Below are positions 1-13,040 of a stretch of 64,000 bases of DNA, piece by piece. How positions within the stretch are numbered: the stretch's first letter is position 1; every line of letters starts with the position of its first letter. The stretch is from Haliotis cracherodii. Taxonomy: Eukaryota. Location of the stretch: NCBI RefSeq assembly GCF_022045235.1, contig NW_027266290.1, positions 1,860,001 through 1,924,000 on the forward strand. Reading direction: 5' to 3'. Under the pieces are notes generated by a model. That model had not been told where the DNA came from, searched no databases, and worked only from the letters and a program-made list of their open reading frames with translations. The position numbers and the translations under genes are program-made.

Positions 1-659
1 ATAAGTCATGGCAACCTGTCAATGCAATAATCAAGTCTGGATGAAGAAAATCAATGACTGAAGGCATAATCCATGATCCCATCATTGCAGAAGGTACACC
101 CGCGAACATCCGGGTTAGAATAGGCCAAGGCTCGCTGACTTGGTTCATGCATGTCATCGATCTCAATTGCGTGGATGCTCATGATGTCATACGCTGGACT
201 GTCTGGTCCAGACTAGATTATTCATAGACCGCTGTGGAATATTGCTGAGTGTGGCGTTAAACAACAAACGAACAAAACATTAACTGTGTGTTGTGTGACT
301 TGTGTTTAGACTTACCGATGGAAAGATATTTGTTTTAAATAATAGGACATGATTTGACAGAAGGTTTCAGATACACAGGACCTGACTGGGAGTTGTTTGT
401 AACACGGTTACACACTAGACAATAACATTTCGCTTTGCCTACAGAACAGCCAACCCTATGTAGTTACATTGCATGTGTTACCATATTATCAATACTGCAA
501 ACGTCATGCTCATGTTTCTGTCCCTGATTATTATGGTTGCTATCGTTTTGGTGTTTTATTTGGGAGCATGACTTTCATGCGCATGATATGTTAGTGTGAA
601 CAGCATACAACTATTGTTTAGCTTTCGACTGCTCATTAAACACTTACGCAATCTCACGG

Positions 660-1340
660 TTTGCTGAAAATCAACATCTACCCACCGTGGATGTGCTCAA
701 AACAGGAAACGAAGTTTTGAAAAATCAACATCATCTCTTTGGAGACGTTATCTACAGCAGGAAACACTCATGAGTTGCCACTGGCCGGTCGTCGCCGTGT
801 GGCTTCACGTCAACAAGACAACCATATCCGGTTGGTGCATCTATGGAATCGATACCAAAGTGCCACATTAACAAAACGGACAATTTGTGGCTTGACACCA
901 ATAAGGGACAGTACCGTACGCAACCGGTTGAGCGAGCACATCGCCTGGCTTGACACTAATAAGGGACAGTACCGTACGCAACCGGTTGAGCGAGCACAAC
1001 GCCCGACTTGACACCAATTAGTGAAAGTACCGTACGCAACCGGTTGAGCGAGCACATCGCCTGGCTTGACACTAATAAGGGACAGTACCGTACGCAACCG
1101 GTTGAGCGAGCACATCGCCTGGCTTGACACTAATAAGGGACAGTACCGTACGCAACCGGTTGAGCGAGCACAACGCCCGACTTGACACCAATTAGTGACA
1201 GTACCGTACGCAACCGGTTGAGCGAGCACATCGCCTAGCTTGACACCAATTAGTGACAGTACCGTACGCAACTGGTTGAGCGAGTACAACGCCTGGCTTA
1301 ACGATGGCCCCTACCTCCAGGCACGCCAAGCTTGCTGTAG
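660..1340 (+). mobile_element. Tc1/mariner transposase N-terminal relic (duplicated at ~11480-12050)
   Basis: Translation TGNTHELP..GRPRVTSRQQDNHIRLVHL..RYQSAT..TVRNRL matches the Tc1 GRPR/HTH region. Confidence 0.75.
891..1296 (+). repeat. 58-bp minisatellite, 7 units, inside a Tc1 transposase relic
   Basis: CTTGACAC starts at 891, 949, 1007, 1065, 1123, 1181, 1239. The unit encodes TPIRDSTVRNRLSEH, a Tc1-type HTH segment. Confidence 0.95.
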
Positions 1341-2326
1341 ACATGCACACAGGAGTGGGACAGCATAATAATTGTTGAATTTACAATCCCGATTGATTAC
1401 TTTCATTGGTCACTCTAGAAATAAATTATTTTTAAACAGCAACGTTAAACAACAAACAAACAAACAACGATGTTCATGCAACATTGCTAGTTTCGACAAG
1501 ACAAACTAGTGACCACCCAATCCTTTTAGTCGCCTTTTACGACACGACGCATTAGATGCCGGATACCTATTCTAATCCGAAATATTCTTGTGGGTCATGT
1601 CATTGAGCAAAACGATATAATGTCTGTGCATTATTAAAAGCGGCGTTAAACCAAACTCACTCACTCTGTGCATTACTGAAGTGTCATCAGGACTGAAAAA
1701 AGTGACAACAAATAGGATGAGTGGACTGAATTTAACATCGCACTCAACTTATCATGGCGACCTGTAAACAATCGAGTCTGGACCTGGCGAACTGGAATCA
1801 CTAACAACGAACCATCCAATTGGGGAAGGTAATATACTAAGTCTCCAAGTATGACCACCCGATCCTGTTCGGTTGGATCTTTTGTCAAACATCTGTCGGG
1901 TGCCTAGTGGTTAAAGCGTTCGATCGTCACGCCAAAGACCCAGGTTCGATTCCCGACATGGGTACAATGTGTGAAGCCCATTCCTGGTGTCCTCCGCCGT
2001 AATATTGCTGCAATATTGCTAAAAGCGGCGTATAACCAAACTCACTCACTCACTTTGACAAACATAGGATGTTTGGCACCTTTTCGTCCCTTCACTCCCA
2101 AATTATTCGTACTAAATAGAGGTATCTGACGTTTCCAGATAATAAAAAAATTAAAGCTAAGATTGAAGTTATTAATTACAAAATGAATTTTGTCGATTTT
2201 ATTTAAACGACTCTTGCAAGTCACTAAAATTAATATTATCCATTTTTTAAGTGATGGACAACAGAAGCTGAGGTGAGGAGAAACGCGGTTCAAGGTCACG
2301 TTAACGATTATTAGTTCACGTATATA

Positions 2327-2697
2327 CCCGATCCACCCCAGTGGGGAAGGTAATCTACCCAGTCACCGAGCCTGACCACCCGATCCATCTCAGTGGGAAA
2401 GGTAATCTACCTAGTCACCGAGCCTGACTACCCGATCCATCTCAGTGGGGAAGGTAATCTACCCAGTCACCGAGCCTTACCACCCGATCCATCTCAGTGG
2501 GGAAGGTGATCTACCCAGTCACCAAGCCTGACCACCCGATCCACCCCATTGGGGAAGATAATCTACCCAGTCACCGAGCCTGACCACCCAATCCATCTCA
2601 GTGGGGAAGGTGATCTACCATGCCACTGAGCATAACCGCCAAAGCCACCCTGTCTGGGAAGGTAATCTACCAAGCCACTGAGACAAACCAACCGATC
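2327..2697 (+). repeat. 52-bp minisatellite, ~7 units, derived from SINE family A
   Basis: CCCGATCC recurs with period 52. The unit contains AGTCACCGAGCCTGACCACCCGATCC, matching the reverse strand of family A. Confidence 0.93.
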
Positions 2698-3221
2698 ATC
2701 TTTAGTAGGATCTTCAATCCCTGAGAGTTCGTAACAAATAGAGTTATGTGAGGTTTTACTGCAGACACTACATTGTTTATTTATTCAAGTTTTAACAACG
2801 AAGCAGCTGCTTACATTAAACATATTAATGATTCTGTTCTGAAAGCAAATGAAAACAGTATGTTGGGGCACTTGGTACAGTTTATGACTGTTTGCAACTG
2901 TAGTAAATATTATGTCCTTGTCTCTAAAGACTCTCGCTTACCTAATTACGTGCTTTAATGAATGTTCTATATACGCCATACACGGTGGATGAATGACATA
3001 AAACGGAGGAAGTGTAAACCAGGGACGAAGTTAATGTAGAACGTTTTCTACAGGATTGCCCAATCAATATTCTAAATGAAGCGTCTCGAGCTTCTAACTC
3101 TCGTTGGTATTACACATTCGGGAAAAGAGCAGCAACAACATTGAATTACATACCTTAAATCGACATGCCTTCATATTTTTCAGAGAGTTTCTTTGGTTTA
3201 ATGCCACCAATTTGAATAATA

Positions 3222-3389
3222 CAGTAAACTACGGTTATGACGAACACGCTTATAACAAACTGACTGATATAACGAACTTACTTTTTAGTCCCGGCCATTT
3301 GTTGTATATATTCTGTATATATGCTTATAACGAACTACGGTTATAACGAACTGAAATAAGTTTGAGTTCGTTATAACCGTAGTTTACTG
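3222..3389. mobile_element. Tc1/mariner-type MITE (TIR CAGTAAACTACGGTTAT, TA TSD, internal TTATAACGAAC repeats)
   Basis: TA|CAGTAAACTACGG..CCGTAGTTTACTG|TA. Other copies: 13960-14127, 41930-42104, ~43341-43516, 54564-54704. Confidence 0.88.
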
Positions 3390-3569
3390 TATTTCAGTTC
3401 TTTCACAGTATGTCCGTTAACGTTGCAGGAGAGCCCAAAGTGATGCAGGTTCTAGGCGTTTACCACATTTGTGGGATAAGACTACTCTCATTGTGCCATG
3501 GGACAGTTACTTCGTAGCATTAAACATCCATGACACAGTTCTAAAATAAAATCTACTTTCTCTAATCAC

Positions 3570-3834
3570 TTTGGTTGGTTTGCTGTTTTACGCCCCTCTC
3601 AGCAATATACCAGCTATATGACGGCGGTCTGTAAATAAACGAGGCTGGACCAGACAATCCAATGATTGACATCATGAACATCGATCGACGCGAATGGGAT
3701 CGATGACATGCATCAACCAAGTCAGCCAGCCTGACTAACCGATCCCGTGAGTCGCTTTTTACGACAAGCATAGTCGCCTTTAACGGGAAGCATGGGTTGC
3801 TGAAGACCTATTCTACACCGGATCTTGACGGGTC
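3570..3834 (-). mobile_element. SINE-like family A copy
   Basis: TSD TCTCTAATCAC at 3559-3569 and 3835-3845. Confidence 0.9.
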
Positions 3835-4689
3835 TCTCTAATCACGGATGGTCCTTGACCAGTCGCCTAGGATACGGCAACTTGGATACCTTGTCACGTC
3901 AGAATCCGATCATAGATGGTACGAATCCTAGAGTTTGCACCATACCCGTGCAAATGGATTTCCAGGAGCTGCGTCACTTGGGCTCTCTTCCCAAGTTGAG
4001 CTGACACGCCCTGATACAACTGAAAGACTGAAAGAAAGTTCACATAGTGTTGAACCCAAGTACCTAAGGAATTCCCACAAAGTCAGCTGTCTATACGTGT
4101 CTGAAACGCCGTGATATAAAAAGGAAAGACTGAAAGTTACTCTCAACTCACTTAACTCGCACTAAGCCACCCGCTTATACGTGTCTGACAAGCCCTGATA
4201 TAACTGAAAATTTAAAAAAATTCAATCCTAAAGATGTGTTTAGAATTTTATTTTGTATCATAGCCATACAACCCTTTGCAATTCTAAAGGACACAGTAAA
4301 ATAGTTAGAGTGGTATGTCTAACATAGCAACGAGTTTCTTAAGTTCAACAATTCAAGGATAAAAGATAAAAACGGTACTGCAAACACGGAAACGTCTATA
4401 GAATTCAAATGTCAAATACATTCTATATCAAATATAAGTGGCAACATATACGATACAGGCTCAAACAGTTCTGCATAAATAATTATAAACTGTAATGATA
4501 TCATATACACTCAAAATATGCATATGTACAGAAACGCAAAAGAAACGTCATCATGGATAGATATATGAGAACCCTTATTTGTCCAAACATACTTTGAGAC
4601 ATTTTGAAAAGATGAAACTTGGCAAAACTGATCATCAAGGTTGAAATTAAAGTGTCAAATGTACTTAAAGTGAAACACAACACTAGTCT

Positions 4690-5240
4690 CTGAGAAAATG
4701 GCATCACAAGTCAGTATCTCGTGTGTCCGCCATGTGCATTGATGACTGCCGTGCAAAATCGATACATTGAATGTATGAGTCGGTTGATGAAGGCCATAGG
4801 CACTTGAGCCGAAACTCTAAGGAACGCCTGACTCAGTTCAGCTGCAGTTGTCGGCTATGTCGGACGTCATTCGGCCATCTTTGAATCTTGTCCCACAGGT
4901 GCCCAATGGGATTTAAATCGGGACTGAGGGCAGGCCTCTGCATGGTTCTGATGTCATTCTGCTGGAGGAAGTCTCTTGTTGCTCTGGCAACGCGACGTGC
5001 CAAATGAGGTATGGCGTGTGGTCTCACGACTTGATCAATGTACCGAGCTGTTGTGACACCATCGCCTCTCCAAGGAATGACGTTCTGGAAGACCACAGGG
5101 CCGACCCTCTGTGCAAGACCAATTCCACCCCACACCATGATGCTCGGACCACCCCATGAGTCTCTCTCAATAACAGAAGCATCCGAATAACATTCCCCAT
5201 GACGTCAACCACTTCTCCTGGTCTTCATAACAATAACTTT
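4690..5240 (-). mobile_element. Tc1/mariner transposase catalytic-domain relic (duplicated at ~15430-15980)
   Basis: MVWGGI..RYIDQVVRPH..ARATRDFLQQNDIRTMQRPALSPDLNPIGHLWD; degenerate. Confidence 0.88.
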
Positions 5241-7430
5241 CGTTTGAATGTTGTAAACCAGGTAAAGTTTGTCTCTCGATGCAAACAGGCCTCTTGTCTT
5301 ATCATCAAAGACTATTCTATGAACTCAAAACACTCAAATATTATGCAAACGTATGTGCCCAAATACAAACAGCAATACATATAATCAAGATCCAAAATTC
5401 AAAAGACAATAATTACACAAATACTCTTCCAAAACTTACTCGTCTATAGAAAAGAAAATACTCATACATCAAAACGTTTGTTTCTCCGTTTGCTGTTTAA
5501 CGCTCCACTAAGCATTTCAGTAATCGACTATGGACCAGACAACCTAGTTGGCTCCATGAACATCGATCTACGCAATTGGGACACGATCACATGCATTAAC
5601 CAAGTCAGTGCGCCTCACCACCCTATTCCGTTAGTCACCTCTTACGACAAGTATGGGTTGCTGAAGGTCATTTCTAACCCAGATCTTCATCAGGTTATAT
5701 GTCATAACGATGTATGTTATCTGATAAATGCAGCGGTAGAGTCTGATGTGAAATTCTTCCTTACGGGCTCTAACGACCAATCAGACTAATTCCATTTGTC
5801 AAGCTGATTGTGGGTATCGAATGAACATAATATACCACACTGTTAATATGATCTACGTGTGTGGACTTCTTTAATGCGTTGTATCAAACACTTAAATAGA
5901 GGACTACGATTTGTTAAATGCTTCCTAGACACGGAAAATGTATATACAACCTTGTGTGTAAATATTAAGATAATTGTGCTCCAGTGCAACGTTTCCGTTT
6001 GTGGAAGGGGAGACTATGATATTGTTTCATTGACAACACAAATCGGTCACCTGACGAGGTTTTGTCTGTTATCACTATTGAATGAGACAAATGGACAGGA
6101 CATACTATAAACATTATGAAGAGGCATAAAACATTCAGTACACTAACACTGAAATATTATTAGTTAACAGTATAAAACATCAACATCAGAGAACAACAGA
6201 TTCCAAAGGCGAAACAGCAGTGCAAATTATGTGAATGGATCACTGAAAATAAGTGAAAACAGCAGGTCTCGCGGAAAGGCAAAGCATGCCCTGCTCTACC
6301 GGTAGCACCCACCACTCACACAATTTGCATAAAAAATAAATGCTGCAACATGATGTTATACTATGACAGCAGTTGAATGAATAACTGGGATATGAAGGTT
6401 AGAAATTTGATACATAAAAGTGGAATAGATATGTATGGTTAGAGCAACAGATCCCAACAATACCCAGTGTCATTTGTTAAGTCTTTTAAACAAGGATAAA
6501 CGATTAATATTCCAACGAAATATCCACATCTTTATCTTCATCTACTTTGAGTTTGATTGTTTAATATTCTGTATAATTTGTTTCTGGATGCTAATCCTTG
6601 AAAAGTTCATTGACGTTTACGATGTCCAATACACTGTTTGTATGTAAAAACTGGTATATATAAAATTTTCCCCTAAAGAGAAGAATAATGAATTTGTGAC
6701 CAATGTTATGTGTGAACTTTCACTTGTTTTATCAGTAGCTTTGAAATCTAAGATTTATTATTTTCCAAGAAATTCGCGTGTCATCTCACTTACAAGTTCA
6801 AGTTGCAACAGAGAAACTTTTGCTTTGTATCTTTGAAAACACTAAAAGCATGCTGCTTGTAAATGCCAACATGTCTTAACCACTTAAAATCATAGGGATC
6901 TTAAAATCATAATTCCTGTCTGAAATGTCATTGCATTCATTTTTAATCATCTAAATTCAAAATGTCCTCTTGCCATGCTCTGACTAGAAACACACACAGA
7001 AGACAGCGTTAAACCCAACTCACTCACTGAGTCACGACACACAAGTGCTACGTGATTGAGCACATAAACCATATAAATTGGATTAAATACCATTTTCAAC
7101 TTTTGTTGACGGGCGACTGAAAGAATAGTATAAATTCAAAACCTAACTGAACTGAAATGGAATACGGTCACTTTTACGATTGACACTGTACTTGTAACCA
7201 TGATCCAGTGACTGGCAAAACCGAATGTCACAGGGATCAAGATGAATGAAATATCTACCAAATAACATCTGATTGTTAACTTAATGGACGAAGGGTAGGG
7301 CATTATTCGAAATTTGTATTTCCTTAAAAGAGTCTATGAATTTTGTCAGTTTTACGGGGCTTGTTTGGAGTAATTTAGATTAATTTACAGTTTACAGAAT
7401 TAATTAGAGCGTTTACAGTATCAGAATTCG

Positions 7431-8051
7431 TCAGTTGCACTGGTACCTGTCAGCAGAACTTTCTGATATATTGTCCAACACATTCGGTACCAATGACAAT
7501 GTACCATTGGGCACACAACCTCCTCCAAACCCGCCGCATTTGATATGAATAACAGCCCCCTCAGCACTCCTTGACAAAGTCTGTATGGCTGATTTGTAGC
7601 CTATCAGTTTCCATTGTTGCTCGGGTGAAACAATCCATCCTGTTCCTCGCAGATCCATGGTGAATTCTCCTTTTGCCCCACAAGAACTCACATTGAAATC
7701 TTCATGTTTAGCATAACAATCTGTTGCATAGCCATACCTCGGAGGAGTTTGTGAAATGTTTGCATATGTGGTGTCGTCAACAATCACATGCATTGTGACT
7801 GGATGAACTCTTATTTTCGAGTACCATACTTCTCCATCGCGCCCTTCACAGGTGGGATACAGATTTGTTTCTCCTTGGCAAACTTGGTTACTCTTATTAG
7901 GAAAAATACCATAATTTTTATATGTGAGTGTAAGGTACTCCTTTGGGTTCCCGCTACTCATATTGTGGCAGTAGATGCGAGTTCTGTAGAAGTCGAAGTT
8001 AGGCAACCTAATCCAGGTTCTAAAGAAACCCTTTGAAGTGGTTTGCACCAT
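7431..8051 (-). pseudogene. 5'-truncated duplicate of the PAN-Sushi-GON gene (most of the GON domain only; still a 206-aa ATG-initiated ORF)
   Basis: 7431-8016 is near-identical to 18169-18754. Signal, PAN, EGF and Sushi parts are absent. Twelve unrelated codons from the ATG at 8051 are fused in frame. Confidence 0.8.
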
Positions 8052-9040
8052 ACCAATACCCCTAAACGTCGTGGAGCTTTTGTCCCTATAGACATTTTAA
8101 AAGTATTGAAAGTACAATTATACAGTAAAATGCTTTTCTCCAATTCCACAGATTGGCAAGAATTCAGTCACTCACTAACATCATCACAAAATAGAAACAA
8201 TTAACGCCAGATCCATTAGACTCCCTTTTATCTATCCATTAGAAAAGATGTTCCAGACAGGTGCAAGATGCCAATATCATTCTGCCCTGTTCTTCTGAAT
8301 GGCACTCTCCAGTTGTCACAGTTAAAAAACGTGATACCTCTTACCGATTTGACGTAGATTATAGACACCTTAATACAGTTACCAAGCCAAAAGTTTTCCC
8401 TCTACCACATTTTGAAGATGTCGTTGATGCTGTAGGCGACAGCCATCCCACAAATCTTAGTGTCCTTTAGTGTGCTAGTGGCTTTTGTCAAATACTCTCC
8501 ATCAAGACACAAAACACAAGTCGGCCTTCATTACATCTGATGGTGTTTTTGAATGGAATCTCCTCCCTTTCGAACTCAAAAATGCTCATTTGTGCAAACC
8601 GTTTTAGAAGCACTAACAGAAAGGAATTTGCGTTACATACTAATATATGTGGATGACATCATAACGTTTTTGGAACATTTGAATTATCTCAAAGCAGTAT
8701 TCTAAAAGATCAAAGAAGCAGGACTCACTAAAAAACCAATCAAATGTAATTTCGCGACAAAACAAGTCACCTACTTCGGTAGTATTTAGCATAGATGGCA
8801 TCCATCTTTATCATTCGAAATTAGATTCAGTCACACAAGTCCCGTCCCCTAAAAATGTCCATGATGTGCGTCATTACTTTGGTTTGGCCTCGTTTTATCA
8901 CAAATTTGCACCAAACCTTTCTGGCAATGCCCTCCCTCTTTACAACCTTCTGAAAAAGGACGCGTGTTTTGATTGGTCCAACAATTGCCAACAGGCATTC
9001 GAAAGGCTAAAAGAGACAACATACTGACAACCTGTATTAC
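8017..9040 (+). mobile_element. Ty3/Gypsy pol (RT) relic, with frameshifts and stops
   Basis: IILPCSSEWHSPVVTVKKRDTSYRFDVDYRHLN..FPLPHFED, HKSAFIT..FEWN..PF, LIYVDDII. Confidence 0.9.
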
Positions 9041-9460
9041 CATTTGTCTTTCATGATGACAACGCCCGAGTTCACCGTGCACGGATCGTCAGTGCTCACC
9101 TCCAGCAGCTCAACATCCATAGAATGCCATAGCTAGCAGTGAGCGCAGGCATTTTCCCCAGTGAACACGTCTGGTACATGATCGGGAGACTTGTACATCA
9201 ACGTCATAGGCCGCCGACCACGTTGGCTAAACTTGGCAAGGAACGACAACATTGGCGGAACAGACACATACAAATCCCCATTTGGAGACTCATATGCAGT
9301 ATTCCATATCGAGTGAATGAATGTTTGACAAATCGTGGCGTGTTACCATAACAGACAAAAACATTGAAATTTCCAATCTTACTCCTACTGTCCTTCAAGA
9401 TCGTTTGTGGTCCAAACTTCTGTCATTCTTCACTACCAGTTGTAATGTAGTCCCAATAAG
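9040..9460 (+). mobile_element. Tc1 transposase C-terminal relic
   Basis: FHDDNARVHRARIV..LNIHRMP..PSEHVW..IGR. Confidence 0.8.
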
Positions 9461-9599
9461 TTCATTTCTATCATACCACTATTACCAGAAACAATTTTGG
9501 AAAATGTAAGTATATATATCCGAGTATACCTTACTTTTGATGACCATGATTTGTCAAAAGATGAGCAGTGAAAACATTTCAACATAGATTGTCTGTATG

Positions 9600-10441
9600 G
9601 AACAAACAATCAACATTATTAGCATCAAGTGAGAACATTTTCACATTTGTAAAACGGGAATATCACACAATTTGGTGCTTTAGTTCCAAAACATTGATCA
9701 ATGTGTTGACCGTGTAGGATATAACGGCAAGAGGGGTCCCTTTCTTTTTTTGTAGTTGTCGATGGATTCGCACTCTCGCTCTTAGGGTATCTCCTGTCTG
9801 TCCAGTCTATTTGGCTTTGCATCCAGCAAGCACATTGTATGACATAAATCAAGTTTTTGGAAGCACAAATCATATTTTCACGGACATAGAAAGTTTTTTT
9901 CCGTCATTGAATGTACAAGAACAACATTGAAAAACATGAGGACAAGTACCACAATTAGGTCTGTTACACTTTTGTACTGTTTTACATTCTCAATTTCCTT
10001 GAGAGAAAGAAGCCCTAGAAAGAATCTGTCAAAATTACGGCTGTGTCTTTTTTTTTTTAATAAGTTTATTTTCTGACATTTTTTGTGTACGTTCTTTACA
10101 CTCATTTAGAGTATCTCCCGAACATTTCCAAATATTTCCGGGTTTGGGGAATTAAAGGCTGTAACAAAAGGGAGAACACTCTCGTTAGGTATATCTTTAG
10201 GTTCTACAAGATCACAACGGTTTGTGATTTAGCATTGTTTATTGCGCATTCTACCATTTTTCTAGGGTAGTTTCTTTCTAGTAGTAAATCCCTCAGTTCT
10301 CTGAGTCTACATTGTGCTCGATCTGAATTAGATACTTCGGCGCAGATTCTACATGCTAATGTGTAAGGGACATTGATTTCTGTGTGATGGGATGGACAGG
10401 GATTGTAATGAGGTTTTGTTTGTAACCGGTTGGTTTGTAAT
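9600..10441 (-). mobile_element. Penelope-like retroelement relic (RT C-terminus + GIY-YIG endonuclease)
   Basis: YKPT..VPYTLACRI..RELRDLLLERNYP followed by CASKNLIYVIQCA.C, the PLE GIY-YIG signature. Confidence 0.8.
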
Positions 10442-11709
10442 CAATCTCTTTAAAATCAGATCTTAGTTCTCGCTACCACTAAACAAAGATCTGAGGACAT
10501 CCCATTACCGGTCACTTCAGACCGAGCTTGCACGAACTTTGACCGACCAATGAAATGACTGACAGGAAGTCCACATTAGCCAGTCAGAAGGCAGCTTTCT
10601 CGTGCTTTATGGCACTAATTTTAAATTGGCGACTACGCTTCGAAACACATCATGACAAATGCTCCATAAAAAAATGAAACCTGAACATAAAAGCATTCTG
10701 GAATGGCTAATAGATGGTCTAGATTGTATGGATTCAGTCGTTAAGCCCGTAACTTGGATTCAGTCGTTAAGCCCGTAATTTAAATGAGACTAGTTTGTTA
10801 TATACATCTGTTTCTATGTCAGTATATGTCATGGCAACCTGTCAACAATCAAGTCTGGATGAAGAAAATCAATGACTGAAGGCATAATCCATGATCCCAT
10901 CATTGCAGAAGGTACACCCGCGAACATCCGGGTTAGAATAGGCCAAGGCTCGCTGACTTGGTTCATGCATGTCATCGATCTCAATTGCGTGGATGCTCAT
11001 GATGTCATACGCTGGACTGTCTGGTCCAGACTAGATTATTCACAGACCGCTGTGGAATATTGCTGAGTGTGGCGTTAAACAACAAACGAACAAAACATTA
11101 ACTGTGTGTTGTGTGACTTGTGTTTAGACTTACCGATGGAAAGATATTTGTTTTAAATAATAGCACATGATTTGACATAAGGTTTCAGATACACAGGACC
11201 TGACTGGGAGTTGTTTTGTAACATGGTTACACACTAGACAATAACATTTAGCTTTGCCTACAGAACAGCCAACCCTATGTTGCTACATTGCATGTGTTAC
11301 CATATTATCAATAATGCAAACGTCATGCTCATGTTTCTGTCCCTGATTATTATGGTTGCTATCGTTTTGGTGTTTTATTTGGGAGCATGACTTTCATGCG
11401 CATGATATGTTAGTGTGAACAGCATACAACTATTGTTTAGCTTTCGACTGCTCATTAAACACTTACGCAATCTCACGGTTTGCTGAAAATCAACATCTAC
11501 CCACCGTGGATGTGCTCAAAACAGGAAACGAAGTTTTGAAAAATCAACATCATCTCTTTGGAGACGTTATCTACAGCAGGAAACACTCATGAGTTGCCAC
11601 TGGCCGGTCGTCCCCGTGTGACTTCTCGTCAACAAGACAACCATATCCGGTTGGTGCATCTATTCAATCGATACCAAAGTGCCACATTAACAAAACGGAC
11701 AATTTGTGG

Positions 11710-11999
11710 CTTGACACCAATAAGGGACAGTACCGTACGCAACCGGTTGAGCGAGCACATCGCCTGGCTTGACACCAATAAGGGACAGTACCGTACGCAA
11801 CCGGTTGAGCGAGCACATCGCCTGGCTTGACACTAATAAGGGACAGTACCGTACGCAACCGGTTGAGCGAGCACAACGCCCGACTTGACACCAATTAGTG
11901 ACAGTACCGTACGCAACCGGTTGAGCGAGCACATCGCCTAGCTTGACACCAATTAGTGACAGTACCGTACACAACTGGTTGAGCGAGTACAACGCCTGG
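11710..11999 (+). repeat. 58-bp minisatellite, 5 units (duplicate copy)
   Basis: Units start at 11710, 11768, 11826, 11884, 11942. Confidence 0.95.
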
Positions 12000-13040
12000 C
12001 TTAACGTCCAGCGATACGCCCAACATGGCCCCTACCTCCAGGCACGCCAAGACATGCACACAGGAGTGGGACAGTATAATAATTGTTGAATTTACAATCC
12101 CGATTGATTACTTTCATTGGTCACTCTAGAAATAAATTATTTTTAAACAGCAACGTTAAACAACAAACAAACAAACAACGATGTTCATGCAACATTGCTA
12201 GTTTCGACAAGACAAACCAGTGACCACCCAATCCTTTTAGTCGCCTTTTACAACACGATGCATTAGATGCCGGATACCTATTCTAATCCGAAATCTTCTT
12301 GTGGGTCATGTCATTGAGCAGAACGATATAATGTCTGTGCATTATTAAAAGCGGCGTTAAACCAAACTTACTCACTCACTAACTCTGTGCATTACTGAAG
12401 TGTCATCAGGACTGAAAAAAGTGACAACAAATAGGATGAGTGGACTGAATTTGACATCGCACTCAACTTATCATGGCGACCTGTAAACAATCGAGTCTGG
12501 ACCTGGCGAACTGGAATCACTAACAACGAACCATCCAATTGGGAAAGGTAATATACTAAGTCTCCAAGTATGACCACCCGATCCTGTTCGGTTGGATCTT
12601 TTGTCAAACATGGGTCGGGTGCCTAGTGGTTAAAGCATTCGATCGTCACGCCAAAGACCCAGGTTCGATTCCCGACATGGGTACAATGTGTGAAGCCCAT
12701 TCCTGGTGTCCTCCGCCGTAATATTGCTGCAATATTGCTAAAAGCGGCGTATAACCAAACTCACTCACTTTGACAAACATAGGATATTTGGCACCTTTTC
12801 GTCCCTTCACTCCCAAATTATTCGTACTAAATAGAGGTATCTGACGTTTCCAGATAATAAAAAAAAATTAAAGCTAAGATTGAAGTTATTAATTACAAAA
12901 TGAATTTTGTCGATTTTATTTAAACGACTCTTGTAAGTCACTAAAATTAATATTATCCATTTTTTAAGTGATGGACAGAAGCTGAGGTGAGGAGAAACGC
13001 GGTTCAAGGTCGCGTTAACGATTATTAGTACACGTATATA

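Larger units (their letters stand above)
1..8016. repeat. Segmental duplication, copy 1 (probably extends left of the window)
   Basis: Colinear with ~10826-18754. Offset is ~10820 near the start and a constant 10738 from ~3930 onward. Homology ends abruptly at 8016/18754 (..AACCTAATCCAG|). Confidence 0.97.

Noticed and set aside
891-2697. CRISPR-like appearance of regularly spaced repeats
   Set aside because: The units are contiguous tandem copies with no unique spacers, there are no cas genes, and the context is eukaryotic.
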